Sequence record: MF614100.1
Direction: 5' to 3' (one strand)
DNA from: Klebsiella phage vB_KpnS_IME279
DNA length: 42,518 nt
Shown: positions 1 to 7,612 of the stretch, in pieces
Layout: every line of letters starts with the position of its first letter
Position numbering within the stretch: the first letter of the stretch is position 1
Translations under genes and position numbers: made by a program
Notes under the pieces: model-generated
Database searches by the model: none
Seen by the model: the letters and a program-made list of their open reading frames with translations, nothing else
Told to the model about the DNA's origin: nothing

Positions 1-24
1 AGAGGTCCGTCACGCTCGCCGCCT
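1..24. repeat. 24-nt terminal direct repeat identical to 42495-42518. Assembly overlap of a circular or circularly permuted genome.
   Basis: agaggtccgtcacgctcgccgcct occurs at both ends of the window. Genes read across the junction on the minus strand. Confidence 0.9.
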
Positions 25-68
25 GCCCTTTCATCGTCTCTTTCATCATTACCTCGTTTTGTCGGGGC

Positions 69-85
69 CGTAACGAAACCGTTAC
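69..85. repeat. Palindrome GTAACG-AAAC-CGTTAC, member of the GTAAC/GTTAC half-site family
   Basis: Perfect 6-bp inverted arms. Same half-site as the repeats clustered at 363-546 and 2207-2250. Confidence 0.5.
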
Positions 86-282
86 AGCTTGAGAATGTTA
101 CACACGATCGCGATTAACAGCGTCAACCCTGCGCCGTAGACTGCGAAACATATCCAGAGAAATGTCCACGATCCGACGGCTTCCCGGAGTGGTGTTTCCT
201 GCTCCGGCGACGTTCTCCCTCGCGCTTTCCGGGAGGGGAATTTTATCACGTTAATAGTATGCTCCTTTGCATCACGTTTCAA
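82..282 (-). CDS. Doubtful small ORF with tail-anchored TM segment
   Basis: Six-frame ORF of 66 aa with a C-terminal hydrophobic stretch. The start codon is TTG with no SD, and it overlaps the predicted promoter at 254-282. An alternative GTG start has AAGGAG upstream. Confidence 0.2.
   Translation of the reverse strand: MKRDAKEHTINVIKFPSRKARGRTSPEQETPLREAVGSWTFLWICFAVYGAGLTLLIAIVCNILKL
254..282 (-). promoter_or_regulatory. Candidate sigma70 promoter TTGAAA-N17-TACTAT on the minus strand
   Basis: Reverse complement reads TTGAAA, a 17-nt spacer, then TACTAT. It points toward the small early genes across the circular junction. Confidence 0.4.
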
Positions 283-305
283 TGATAATTATGTGTGGAA
301 ATGGT

Positions 306-331
306 CGGGGGTTTTGGGGTTTTAACCCCCG
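306..331. other. Stem-loop CGGGGG(TTTTGGGGTTTTAA)CCCCCG
   Basis: 6-bp GC stem with a T4G4-like loop, immediately upstream of the predicted minus-strand promoter. Confidence 0.4.
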
Positions 332-362
332 GCAAAATCCCCGCCGTAACACTCAAAAAATA

Positions 363-546
363 CCCGTTACCGGAATGGCTGTAAGTTACTGAATATCATC
401 GGTAACATTGTCGGTGTAACAGTGTTACCTTTTTGAAACTTCGGAGCCACTGGGTAACGGTAACATAAATATATACCCCCTTTAGGGGGTATATGTTATG
501 TAACCCGTGACCGTTACCAGGAAATGTGACCGTTAAAAATCGTTAA
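363..546. repeat. Iteron-like cluster of GTAAC/GTTAC half-sites; candidate origin or operator region
   Basis: About 10 GTAAC or GTTAC pentamers in about 180 bp, against about 1 expected by chance. They include the tandem GGTAACGGTAAC and GGTAACATTGTCGGTGTAACAGTGTTACC. Confidence 0.6.
471..494. terminator. Perfect inverted repeat ATATACCCCC-TTTA-GGGGGTATAT. Likely terminator of the helicase gene, and possibly also a protein-binding site.
   Basis: 10-bp perfect arms. On the minus strand it is followed by ATTTATGTT, 40 nt past the helicase stop. Confidence 0.45.
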
Positions 547-2191
547 GATCATCAGCCCCGTCGTCCGGTTTATTGCCCCAGTCAGTCGGGCGCGGATCGT
601 TATCCTTTATCCCACCCAGGAGCGGGATCGCTTCGTTCATGGCGGTGAGCGTTTCGTCCCCGGCCATCTTGATCAGGATCTGCTTTTTGGTGGCATGTTC
701 AAAGGCGCGATGGAATTGCATCTTGTCCATCGGGTCGTCGGTCCCGGTTCGCGCCCAGTCCGATAACATGCCTTTGGTAAGTTTCGGCGTCCGGTAGTTC
801 TTTTCCTTTCTCGTCAGGTTGTACTCGTGGACAAACTGCGCCAGCCGGAGGGCGTTCTCCTGCGTCTTGCTCACCTTCTGCGCTGCGGCCTTCTCCTCGT
901 CCGCGCCTGCGTCCTGTTTGACCAGCTCCGGCTCGTTGATAACGATCAGCGTCGTGTCGTTGCTGCCGATGTGCCACGCGGCGGGGCCATCCTTCCCAGG
1001 TGCGGACATGCGCGCCATTGCGTCGCGTTTGGCTTTGACCAGCTCCGGCGGGAGTTTAACGGACTTCGTGCGGAATGCGCGCCGCTCCAGCATGGCGGAG
1101 CCTTTGGCTTTGGTGTGGTCGAAGATGAATAAATCGCGGTCCTTGTGCTTCGAGAGCGTGATCTCAAAGGCGGAGTTAGCCTTGAGGGCAGACGCCCCAC
1201 GTCCGCCGCGCGTCGCGTCCTTCCCGGAGTGGTGGAGGATCACCACGGCACAGTCCAGCGCCTCGGCCAGCTTCTGCGCGTTGGCTAACAGGATCGCGGC
1301 CTGGTCGTTGTTGTTCTCGGTGAATGGCTCGCCGCCCACCCAGCGCCCCGGCTCGTTGTCCTTCGGTTCGCGCCACTGCTCGCCGATCTTCTGGCCTGCG
1401 GAGTTGGCGCTATAGGTATCGATCACGACCAGCGCGGGCTTGTTACCCTCCAGCTCGAAGAACGGGGAGGCGTTGAATTTGGCCGCGAATTTCATCAGCT
1501 CGCGATCCCGGTGTAACGGTACGGGCTGCGCGATGATAAACAGGTTATCAAGCGGCCTGTTTTTGTTCTGGCTGTATACCCAGCCCGCGTAGCGCTCTTT
1601 CACGCCGTCGGCGTCCTCTGGCGCGAAGTACAGCACGGAGCCTTTACGGACGGGCAAACCCCCGAAGTGGTGGCCCTTCGCCACGCAGATAGCCATCTGG
1701 AGCGCGCAAAAGGTCTTTTTCGCCCCGGACTCGCCGACCAGGAAGCCCACGGACCGCTCCGGGATCAGGTTCTGGATCACGAAGTTGATAACACGCGGGG
1801 CGCTGGCCTCCCGGAGCTTGTCCAGAAATTCGTCCGGCTGCTCCGCCAGCATGGCCTTAATTTTCGCCAGGTCACGCTCGCGGCGCTCCTCGGTGGTCAG
1901 GCTGCGCGGCATCATGGCGGGCTGGTTGTCCTCGTCCAGCACCATGTCCCACTCGTGATCCGCTTCGTTTGTGCCGAAGTGGTAGAGCTGCACGTCCTCT
2001 AACGTCATGCCCTGCTCTGCGGCTGCGTCCTCGTCGATCGCCATCTGTCGGGCCAGCTCGTCCTCGCTCATTCCCGGCGAAGTCTCCAGCCATTCCGGCG
2101 GCTGCTCCAGAGGCGCGTCTCCTGGGAGGATCTGGTCGAGTAGTTCCTCTTTGCTCGGCTCCTGCTGGTCGTCTCTTTCGTCTTGGATCAT
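533..2191 (-). CDS. Replicative helicase, RepA/DnaB-like RecA-fold ATPase, with an acidic N-terminal region
   Basis: Walker A GESGAKKT, Walker B-like VVIDTYS and AVVILHHSGKD. SD AAGGAA precedes the ATG. The gene is flanked by iteron-like repeats. Confidence 0.7.
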   Translation of the reverse strand: MIQDERDDQQEPSKEELLDQILPGDAPLEQPPEWLETSPGMSEDELARQMAIDEDAAAEQGMTLEDVQLYHFGTNEADHEWDMVLDEDNQPAMMPRSLTTEERRERDLAKIKAMLAEQPDEFLDKLREASAPRVINFVIQNLIPERSVGFLVGESGAKKTFCALQMAICVAKGHHFGGLPVRKGSVLYFAPEDADGVKERYAGWVYSQNKNRPLDNLFIIAQPVPLHRDRELMKFAAKFNASPFFELEGNKPALVVIDTYSANSAGQKIGEQWREPKDNEPGRWVGGEPFTENNNDQAAILLANAQKLAEALDCAVVILHHSGKDATRGGRGASALKANSAFEITLSKHKDRDLFIFDHTKAKGSAMLERRAFRTKSVKLPPELVKAKRDAMARMSAPGKDGPAAWHIGSNDTTLIVINEPELVKQDAGADEEKAAAQKVSKTQENALRLAQFVHEYNLTRKEKNYRTPKLTKGMLSDWARTGTDDPMDKMQFHRAFEHATKKQILIKMAGDETLTAMNEAIPLLGGIKDNDPRPTDWGNKPDDGADDLNDF

Positions 2192-2206
2192 ACTGCTTTC
2201 CTTAAA

Positions 2207-2237
2207 TCATGGTAACGTTGTCGGTAACAATGTACCC
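2207..2237. promoter_or_regulatory. Operator-like repeat GGTAACGTTGTCGGTAACA, copy of the 15-mer at 401-415
   Basis: GGTAAC(A/G)TTGTCGGT occurs at both 401 and 2211 in the same orientation. The 2211 copy overlaps the predicted helicase promoter -10 (2229-2234) and TSS. Confidence 0.5.
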
Positions 2238-2257
2238 CCGACGCGTTACCCGGTCAA
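2229..2257 (-). promoter_or_regulatory. Candidate sigma70 promoter for the helicase gene, TTGACC-N17-TACATT
   Basis: The minus strand reads TTGACC gggtaacgcgtcggggg TACATT. The iteron sits at about +1. Confidence 0.45.
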
Positions 2258-2276
2258 CCAGCCGCCAGCAAAGAAA

Positions 2277-2305
2277 AAACTTTACATCATGGTTTCATTG
2301 TTCTA
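2277..2305 (+). promoter_or_regulatory. Candidate sigma70 early promoter TTTACA-N17-TAATGT
   Basis: Good -35, 17-nt spacer, -10. Divergent from the helicase promoter, upstream of the plus-strand early operon. Confidence 0.5.
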
Positions 2306-2335
2306 ATGTCGATAGCGAACAAACCGGAGGCATTT

Positions 2336-2791
2336 ATGGACCTGTTCAAAGACGAGCCGCGCGCCCCACTTCGGGCCAACGTGGCGCAACGTAAGACGCC
2401 AGCGGAGAGAATGCTGGAGATACTGGAAAAGGTGAAACCGTCCGATCTCTCCATTCAGGACGCCATCGATCGCGGTGTACTCGATCCGTTTGGTGTAACG
2501 CAGGAAGTCCGGGACGCTTTCGCCCGGTTAAAGCCGTCGGAGCAAATCTTCGCCGCATTCTGGGGCGTTGCTGGTGTGGACAGTAAGGCATTGCTGGCCC
2601 TATGCCGACACGCTGCATTCATGGAGCGCGACGGACTGCTCCGCGACCTCAAAGTGGACAAGGAGCTGATCGCCTGCCCGGTGTCAGACTCCGACGGACT
2701 CGACGACGTGATCCCCCCAGGGACGTCAGTCGGGCCGGAATTAGCCGCCGCTGCGTTGCGGTGTAAGCAGGCGTTACGGAGTGAGAAATGA
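2336..2791 (+). CDS. Hypothetical early protein
   Basis: ORF 2306-2791. The preferred start is the ATG at 2336, which has SD GGAGG 7 nt upstream. Confidence 0.6.
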   Translation: MDLFKDEPRAPLRANVAQRKTPAERMLEILEKVKPSDLSIQDAIDRGVLDPFGVTQEVRDAFARLKPSEQIFAAFWGVAGVDSKALLALCRHAAFMERDGLLRDLKVDKELIACPVSDSDGLDDVIPPGTSVGPELAAAALRCKQALRSEK

Positions 2792-2991
2792 AACTTTTGT
2801 TAAAGAGGATCTACATTAACGCAATCATTCTGATTGTGGTTTATGTGGCCGTGTGGGCGCTGTTCCCCGGTCATGTCCCGTTTGATTATCTGGAGGGCTG
2901 GGCGTTCGCTGCGACGCTGGCCGCTCTGGTTGGCGTGGACTACCTGCGGGAATATATCGACAAATTACTGGACCAGAGAGGAGACGCTTAA
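2788..2991 (+). CDS. Small membrane protein with two predicted TM segments
   Basis: Hydrophobic stretches IYINAIILIVVYVAVWALF and WAFAATLAALVGV. The start overlaps the upstream stop as ATGA. Confidence 0.6.
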   Translation: MKLLLKRIYINAIILIVVYVAVWALFPGHVPFDYLEGWAFAATLAALVGVDYLREYIDKLLDQRGDA

Positions 2992-3750
2992 ATGTTTATC
3001 GCCGTGAAAAAACATAACAAGCCCGTATTTTTGAACGTGAACGAGATCAAGATCATCCGTGACGCGGAGCCGGATATCCATAACCCGGACTATGATCCGA
3101 AGGTCCACCCCGGCAGTGTGATTTTTACCACGACCGATCAGCACAGCACGTTAGAGCGATATTTCTCCAGCATGTCGCCGGAGGACCTGCGGGACGTGAT
3201 CAACGATGCCGCCGCCCAGGTTTACGCGGCCCCGATCTGCGACCGGATCATGAGCCTGGACAAATGCGTGGCCCGTCTGGCCCGGTCTATGGAGGACTGG
3301 CTGGAGCAAGCCAACACGCCGATCCTGAATCTGGACGGCATGACGCCGGAGGAGGCGGAGCGGTTCAAAGCGTCCATACGTGAGACTCGCGCCACGCTGG
3401 ACAGCATTCAGCCGCGCCTCGTCGCTGGTGGTTCGCCCGGTAAGCCCCAGCATTTTGTCGGGCTGGACTCCGACGTGTTTAACGTGGTTCAGCTCCTCAC
3501 GTCGCACGAGTGGGCCGAACATTGCACCAGTACGCAGTTAGGCCAGCGCCTGGAGTCGGCGATCACGGACCTGCATAACCACACCAGCGAGATCCGCCAG
3601 CGTAAGGACCGGGCGGAGGAGCTGCTGGCCGAAGTGTGGCACGAGTGGAATAACGACGACGCCACGCGGAAAGCACTCGGCGAGGATATGGGGAAAGTTA
3701 TCGGGAATTTTTTGTGGCCCGATGAAAATAAAACTTGTGAGAAAGAATAA
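2992..3750 (+). CDS. Hypothetical protein, 252 aa
   Basis: Long ORF in the AT-richer early region. ATG immediately follows the upstream stop. Confidence 0.7.
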   Translation: MFIAVKKHNKPVFLNVNEIKIIRDAEPDIHNPDYDPKVHPGSVIFTTTDQHSTLERYFSSMSPEDLRDVINDAAAQVYAAPICDRIMSLDKCVARLARSMEDWLEQANTPILNLDGMTPEEAERFKASIRETRATLDSIQPRLVAGGSPGKPQHFVGLDSDVFNVVQLLTSHEWAEHCTSTQLGQRLESAITDLHNHTSEIRQRKDRAEELLAEVWHEWNNDDATRKALGEDMGKVIGNFLWPDENKTCEKE

Positions 3751-3810
3751 ATCACGATATAGTTAAGTTGTCGCCGGGGAATGGCCCCGGCAATAACGGA
3801 GATTAAGACG

Positions 3811-4050
3811 ATGGCAAAATTAACAGTAGTTTCCCCGACTTCCCAGGAACGTGGCCGCCAGTGGGCTGTTAACTTCCACGTCGTAGGCGCTCCAGTTCGC
3901 CGTCGCTTCCTCTCCTGGAAAGCGCCGGAGCTGCTGAAAGGCGAGGAGCCGGAGGTGGAGGATTACGTGGACGAGTACACCACACGCGGCGAATACGAAG
4001 CCCGCCGCATCATCCATCGCAACAACCTGCGCGCCGCTGAATACTACTAA
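3811..4050 (+). CDS. Hypothetical protein
   Basis: ORF 3781-4050. ATG at 3811 has GGAG 9 nt upstream. Confidence 0.5.
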   Translation: MAKLTVVSPTSQERGRQWAVNFHVVGAPVRRRFLSWKAPELLKGEEPEVEDYVDEYTTRGEYEARRIIHRNNLRAAEYY

Positions 4051-4093
4051 CCACACGGCCCCTACGGGGGCCACATCCACCCAGGAGCAAGCC

Positions 4094-4441
4094 ATGACAA
4101 CAATCATTTACGCCTTACCTAAGCGCACATCACACGCGCGCACGTCTCGATCCACGCCGCTGATCGCCCGCGACCGTTACAGCCTGATTACAGTCGGCGA
4201 GCTGGTGAAGTCCACGCCGAAAGGGAAGAAAATTATCCCGATCTGGTACAACAATCAGCGCCCCCAGTTTTTCGGGAGCGACTCTTATCACTTTTTCGAT
4301 AACGTCAAAGACGCGGCGGAGCATATCCGGCACGAGCTGGCCGGGACGTACAAACTTCTTAACGACCAGGCGAAGTTTATCGCGGAGCTGATCGAGGAGG
4401 CGGATCAGATCTACATTTCAGCCACGGATCCAACGGCATGA
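4094..4441 (+). CDS. Hypothetical protein, 115 aa
   Basis: SD GGAG precedes the ATG. Confidence 0.65.
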   Translation: MTTIIYALPKRTSHARTSRSTPLIARDRYSLITVGELVKSTPKGKKIIPIWYNNQRPQFFGSDSYHFFDNVKDAAEHIRHELAGTYKLLNDQAKFIAELIEEADQIYISATDPTA

Positions 4442-4659
4442 TCCCGGCGGACATTCAGCGCAAGGCTAAAAAGGTCCTCCAGCGCCACCTCGCCGGGGAG
4501 ATTAAGCCCCGGAAGCTGGTCGGCGGTCTGGGCCTCGCGCTGGAGGTTGGTTATCGCTGGCGGCTGCTGTCACGCGATAAGGGCCAGACGTGGGATCTCA
4601 TGTCCCACGAGAAGTACAACAAACTTACACGGGGCAAAAAGCCCCCTAAAATGAGATGA
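4438..4659 (+). CDS. Hypothetical small basic protein
   Basis: ATGA overlaps with both neighbours. Lys/Arg-rich. Confidence 0.55.
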   Translation: MIPADIQRKAKKVLQRHLAGEIKPRKLVGGLGLALEVGYRWRLLSRDKGQTWDLMSHEKYNKLTRGKKPPKMR

Positions 4660-4943
4660 TCACAATGGAAAAATACTGGTATTTGTTCGAGGCGCACGGT
4701 CGCCAGGTCCTGGTCCGCAAGGGGTCAAACGACGATAACGCGCCGACGATCGATCTCGTTGTCCAGATCTCCGGGGCGGAAATTTCTTTCGCGGTGATCT
4801 ACGGGAACGAGGGCGGCGAGGAGGAGCGCGATCGCATGTTCGACACGAAGGAGGAGGAGCTGAAAGGCGCGGCGACTGCTTTCGCGGAAAAATTCATCGG
4901 CATCACTAACCCTATGGACGCTTTGGCGGCATTGCAAGGTTAA
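4656..4943 (+). CDS. Hypothetical protein, 95 aa
   Basis: Coupled ATGA start. Followed by a strong terminator. Confidence 0.6.
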   Translation: MITMEKYWYLFEAHGRQVLVRKGSNDDNAPTIDLVVQISGAEISFAVIYGNEGGEEERDRMFDTKEEELKGAATAFAEKFIGITNPMDALAALQG

Positions 4944-4969
4944 TCAGCGCCTTAACATTCGATCGATAT

Positions 4970-4995
4970 GGAGCCTTTGCGGCTCCATTTTTTTT
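4970..4995 (+). terminator. Rho-independent terminator
   Basis: Hairpin GGAGCC-TTTGC-GGCTCC followed by T8. Confidence 0.8.
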
Positions 4996-5043
4996 CGTGC
5001 TACCCTTTTAGCGGTTACTCAATTGTTAAAAAGGATCAGGATA

Positions 5044-5394
5044 ATGTCCGAACATAGCACGCTCTGGCAGTTGTTCCAGGTGTACCGCGTGGAGTTGGGT
5101 TACTCCTTTGTGTCTGCGGCGGTCGCCGTCTTTCGTCACTGGCAGTTAAAACACCCATTCCGTGATATAGTTACGGGTGGCGCTTTGTGCGCTTTCGTTG
5201 CGTTTGGGATGAATAATATCCTTTCGTTTTTTAATATTGATCACGGGACCTGGGGCTATCTGGCCTCTGTATTCCTGGGCTATATCGGCGTAGAGACTGC
5301 GCTCGACTGGGCCAGCGAAAAGATCCCGTTCCTGAAAAAAATCCGCGCCACTCCGGCGCATACCAATAACCCGGAGGATCAAAACAATGGGTAA
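5044..5394 (+). CDS. S: Class I holin, lambda S-like
   Basis: Three hydrophobic segments. The C-terminal part LASVFLGYIGVETA...KKIRA aligns with lambda S ITSVFIGYIGTDS...KKAGV. The in-frame upstream TTG at 5023 would add LKRIRI. Confidence 0.7.
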   Translation: MSEHSTLWQLFQVYRVELGYSFVSAAVAVFRHWQLKHPFRDIVTGGALCAFVAFGMNNILSFFNIDHGTWGYLASVFLGYIGVETALDWASEKIPFLKKIRATPAHTNNPEDQNNG

Positions 5395-5863
5395 GAAATT
5401 CGACGTTACTCCCCAGCGTAAGGCGTTTCTGGACGCTCTGGCCGTTGGCGAGGGGACCGATAACGGCAAGCAAAAAACGAACAATCACGGATACGACGTG
5501 ATCGTGGGCGGCGAGCTGTTTACCGATTACAGCAAGCATCCGGCGAAGCTGGTCCGCCTGCGTCCCGGCCTGTCCTCTACCGCTGCGGGCCGTTATCAGC
5601 TCCTGAGCAAGTATTACGGCCACTATAAGGACCTGCTGGACCTGCCGGACTTCTCCCCGGCGTCGCAGGACCAGATCGCCCTCCAGCAAATCAGCGAGCG
5701 CCGCGCACTGGCCGACATTGACGCAGGCCGGATCGCCGACGCGGTGAAAAAATGTAACACCATCTGGGCCTCCCTGCCTGGCTCGCCGTATGGTCAGCGC
5801 ACGGAGACGATCGACGACTTCCTGAGCTATTTCCGCAAGGCTGGCGGTAAGGTCGCCGAATGA
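5387..5863 (+). CDS. R: Endolysin, lambda R-like lytic transglycosylase
   Basis: QRKAFLDALAVGEGTDNGKQKTNNHGYDVIVGGELFTDYSKHP is nearly identical to the lambda R N-terminus. GAGRYQLL and IWASLPG are conserved. Confidence 0.9.
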   Translation: MGKKFDVTPQRKAFLDALAVGEGTDNGKQKTNNHGYDVIVGGELFTDYSKHPAKLVRLRPGLSSTAAGRYQLLSKYYGHYKDLLDLPDFSPASQDQIALQQISERRALADIDAGRIADAVKKCNTIWASLPGSPYGQRTETIDDFLSYFRKAGGKVAE

Positions 5864-6381
5864 TGGCCGCCCTCCGGTTGTTCCTGCGCGCCTACTGGAA
5901 GCCGCTCGCGGTGCTGGTTGCCGTGCTGCTGGCTCTGGGGGGATCTTTCTGGGCTGGTCATGTCTGGACCGATCGAGGATGGCAGGTGAAGGAGTCCGCC
6001 CGCAAGGCGAACGAATCCGCCCAGGTCGCCATCGGTGAACATGCCGCCCGTATCATTGAACAAGGGCGGGACATTGCCCGCGAGGAGGCTGTAAAACATG
6101 CGAACGAACAAGCCGCACGGGCGCGCGCTGATTCCGCTGCTGCTGGGGCTGCTCTTGATCGGTTGCTCGCAAGAGCAAAGGCCGCCGAACAAGGTAACGC
6201 CGCCGCAAGTGCGACCGCTGCCCTCGGAAGCCAGGCAAGGGACAAGACAGCCAGAATGTACGCCGACTTGCTCAAAGGGACTGGAGCGCTCGCTCGACGG
6301 TATGCTGATATAGCCGACGACGCGATCACGAGGGGGGAGACTTGCGAAAGGATCTATGACTCGATAGTGAGTCAGCAATGA
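5860..6381 (+). CDS. Rz: i-spanin Rz
   Basis: N-terminal TM (LAVLVAVLLALGG), coiled-coil Ala/Arg-rich periplasmic domain. Sits downstream of the endolysin with an ATGA overlap. Confidence 0.8.
   Translation: MMAALRLFLRAYWKPLAVLVAVLLALGGSFWAGHVWTDRGWQVKESARKANESAQVAIGEHAARIIEQGRDIAREEAVKHANEQAARARADSAAAGAALDRLLARAKAAEQGNAAASATAALGSQARDKTARMYADLLKGTGALARRYADIADDAITRGETCERIYDSIVSQQ
6098..6313 (+). CDS. Rz1: o-spanin Rz1, embedded in the +1 frame of Rz
   Basis: Signal peptide with lipobox LLIGCS and a Pro-rich mature region. Fully embedded in Rz as in lambda. Confidence 0.75.
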   Translation: MRTNKPHGRALIPLLLGLLLIGCSQEQRPPNKVTPPQVRPLPSEARQGTRQPECTPTCSKGLERSLDGMLI

Positions 6382-6385
6382 GAGA

Positions 6386-6410
6386 GGGGCCTTGCGGCCC
6401 CTTTTTTTTT
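6386..6410. terminator. Bidirectional terminator between the convergent Rz and Ig-like genes
   Basis: GGGGCC-TTGC-GGCCCC followed by T9. The Ig-like gene's stop codon lies inside the T tract. Confidence 0.8.
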
Positions 6411-7410
6411 ATGCGGTAACGGTGAGAGCGCAAGCCGTGGAGGTTGCAGTCTTGCCGCCCGCGTCAGTAACGCGGCAAGTGTAGGATCCTGCGTCGCCAG
6501 ACGCTGCTCCGGTTTTCGTGAACGTGGCCGACGTCGCGCCGGAAACGGCTACGCCACCCTTAAGCCACTGGTACGTTAACGGGGCTACGCCGCCGGAAGC
6601 CTGCACAGGGCCGATCGAGATATTGCCACCAGTAGCGACGGAGGACGTCGCCGGGGGCTGCGTCGTAAACGCCGGGAGCGTGTTTAACGTCACGGCGCAA
6701 GCCTGAGACGTAACGGAGCCTTGCGGCACGGCGCTGTCCTTCACAATACACGTATACGTCGCATTGTCTCCGGCTGCGGCGGTTTTGGTATACGTGGCCG
6801 ACGTCGCGCCGGGGATGTTTACGCCGTTTTTCTGCCACTGGTAGGAGTACGGCGCGAGGCCGCCAGCCGCTGCGACGGTCAGCGTCAACGGGTCGCCGAT
6901 GTAGACGGCTTTAGTCGGCGTCAGGTTGGTGGAGAGGGACAGGGCGACTTTGAGGCGGATCCGCTGGGAGTCCTTCGTCTGGCCCTGGCTGTCCGTCACG
7001 GTCACGTAATAGTCGCCGTTGTTGCTCGCCTGGTAGTTGGCGATCGCATAGCTCGGCGAGTTGGATCCTACGTTAACAGTCGTCCCGCCGGAGACTTTCT
7101 TCCACTGGTAGGAAAGCGGCTCGATCCCCCCAGAGGCGGCAACGGTAAGCGTCTGCGTTGCGCCAGCCGCGACGAAGGTCGATCCGGCATCACCGCCAGC
7201 CACGCCGGGGAGGTCCTGCGTAAACACGATCGGAGGTAGCAGGGCCGGATCGTACTCGATGTAAAACATTTTCGTGGGGTCGAGGTTAGCCGGGTCAGCG
7301 TCTAACCAGATAAGATCTTTTTGCGGAGTCGCGCCGCTGGCCGGATCCTCGATCCGGGTGACTTTCCAGCCCAGCAAGTCCGGGCGGTAGTAGCGATGCC
7401 AGTAACCCAT
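6409..7410 (-). CDS. Ig-like (I-set type) triple-repeat protein, Hoc-like candidate moron
   Basis: Three repeats of about 70 aa with the Y-x-W...(K)NG...Y.C.V.D.....S motif (PLSYQWKK, PYSYQWQKNG, PLTYQWLKGG). 21-nt stretches are identical between repeats. SD GAGGA precedes the start. Confidence 0.8.
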   Translation of the reverse strand: MGYWHRYYRPDLLGWKVTRIEDPASGATPQKDLIWLDADPANLDPTKMFYIEYDPALLPPIVFTQDLPGVAGGDAGSTFVAAGATQTLTVAASGGIEPLSYQWKKVSGGTTVNVGSNSPSYAIANYQASNNGDYYVTVTDSQGQTKDSQRIRLKVALSLSTNLTPTKAVYIGDPLTLTVAAAGGLAPYSYQWQKNGVNIPGATSATYTKTAAAGDNATYTCIVKDSAVPQGSVTSQACAVTLNTLPAFTTQPPATSSVATGGNISIGPVQASGGVAPLTYQWLKGGVAVSGATSATFTKTGAASGDAGSYTCRVTDAGGKTATSTACALTVTA

Positions 7411-7483
7411 AATTTTGTCCTCGTGGTGTGGCCGTGGTATAGTTCCACGGCATTGTAGATCATCTTTGGGCCGTAAACGAAAG

Positions 7484-7512
7484 GAGCCGCTTTTTAAGCG
7501 GCCCTTTTTTTT
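7484..7512. terminator. Bidirectional rho-independent terminator
   Basis: GCCGC-TTTTTAA-GCGGC with T8 on the plus strand and TTTCGTTT on the minus strand. Confidence 0.7.
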
Positions 7513-7612
7513 ACAGTGCTAATGATACGGCGTAACCAATTGCGGCCCATGCTGCCGCGCTGGCGGCGATTACGGCCCAGATTACATAGCGGTGTCCGCG
7601 TAAGTCTTTCAT
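7511..7612 (-). CDS. Small membrane peptide of 33 aa, not in the ORF track
   Basis: MKDLRGHRYVIWAVIAASAAAWAAIGYAVSLAL. Its ATG overlaps the upstream stop as ATGA. Confidence 0.4.
   Translation of the reverse strand: MKDLRGHRYVIWAVIAASAAAWAAIGYAVSLAL

Noticed and set aside
306-323. GGGGGTTTTGGGGTTTT resembling a telomeric T4G4 or G-quadruplex motif
   Set aside because: Only three G runs, which is too few for an intramolecular G4. It is better explained as the loop of the 306-331 hairpin.
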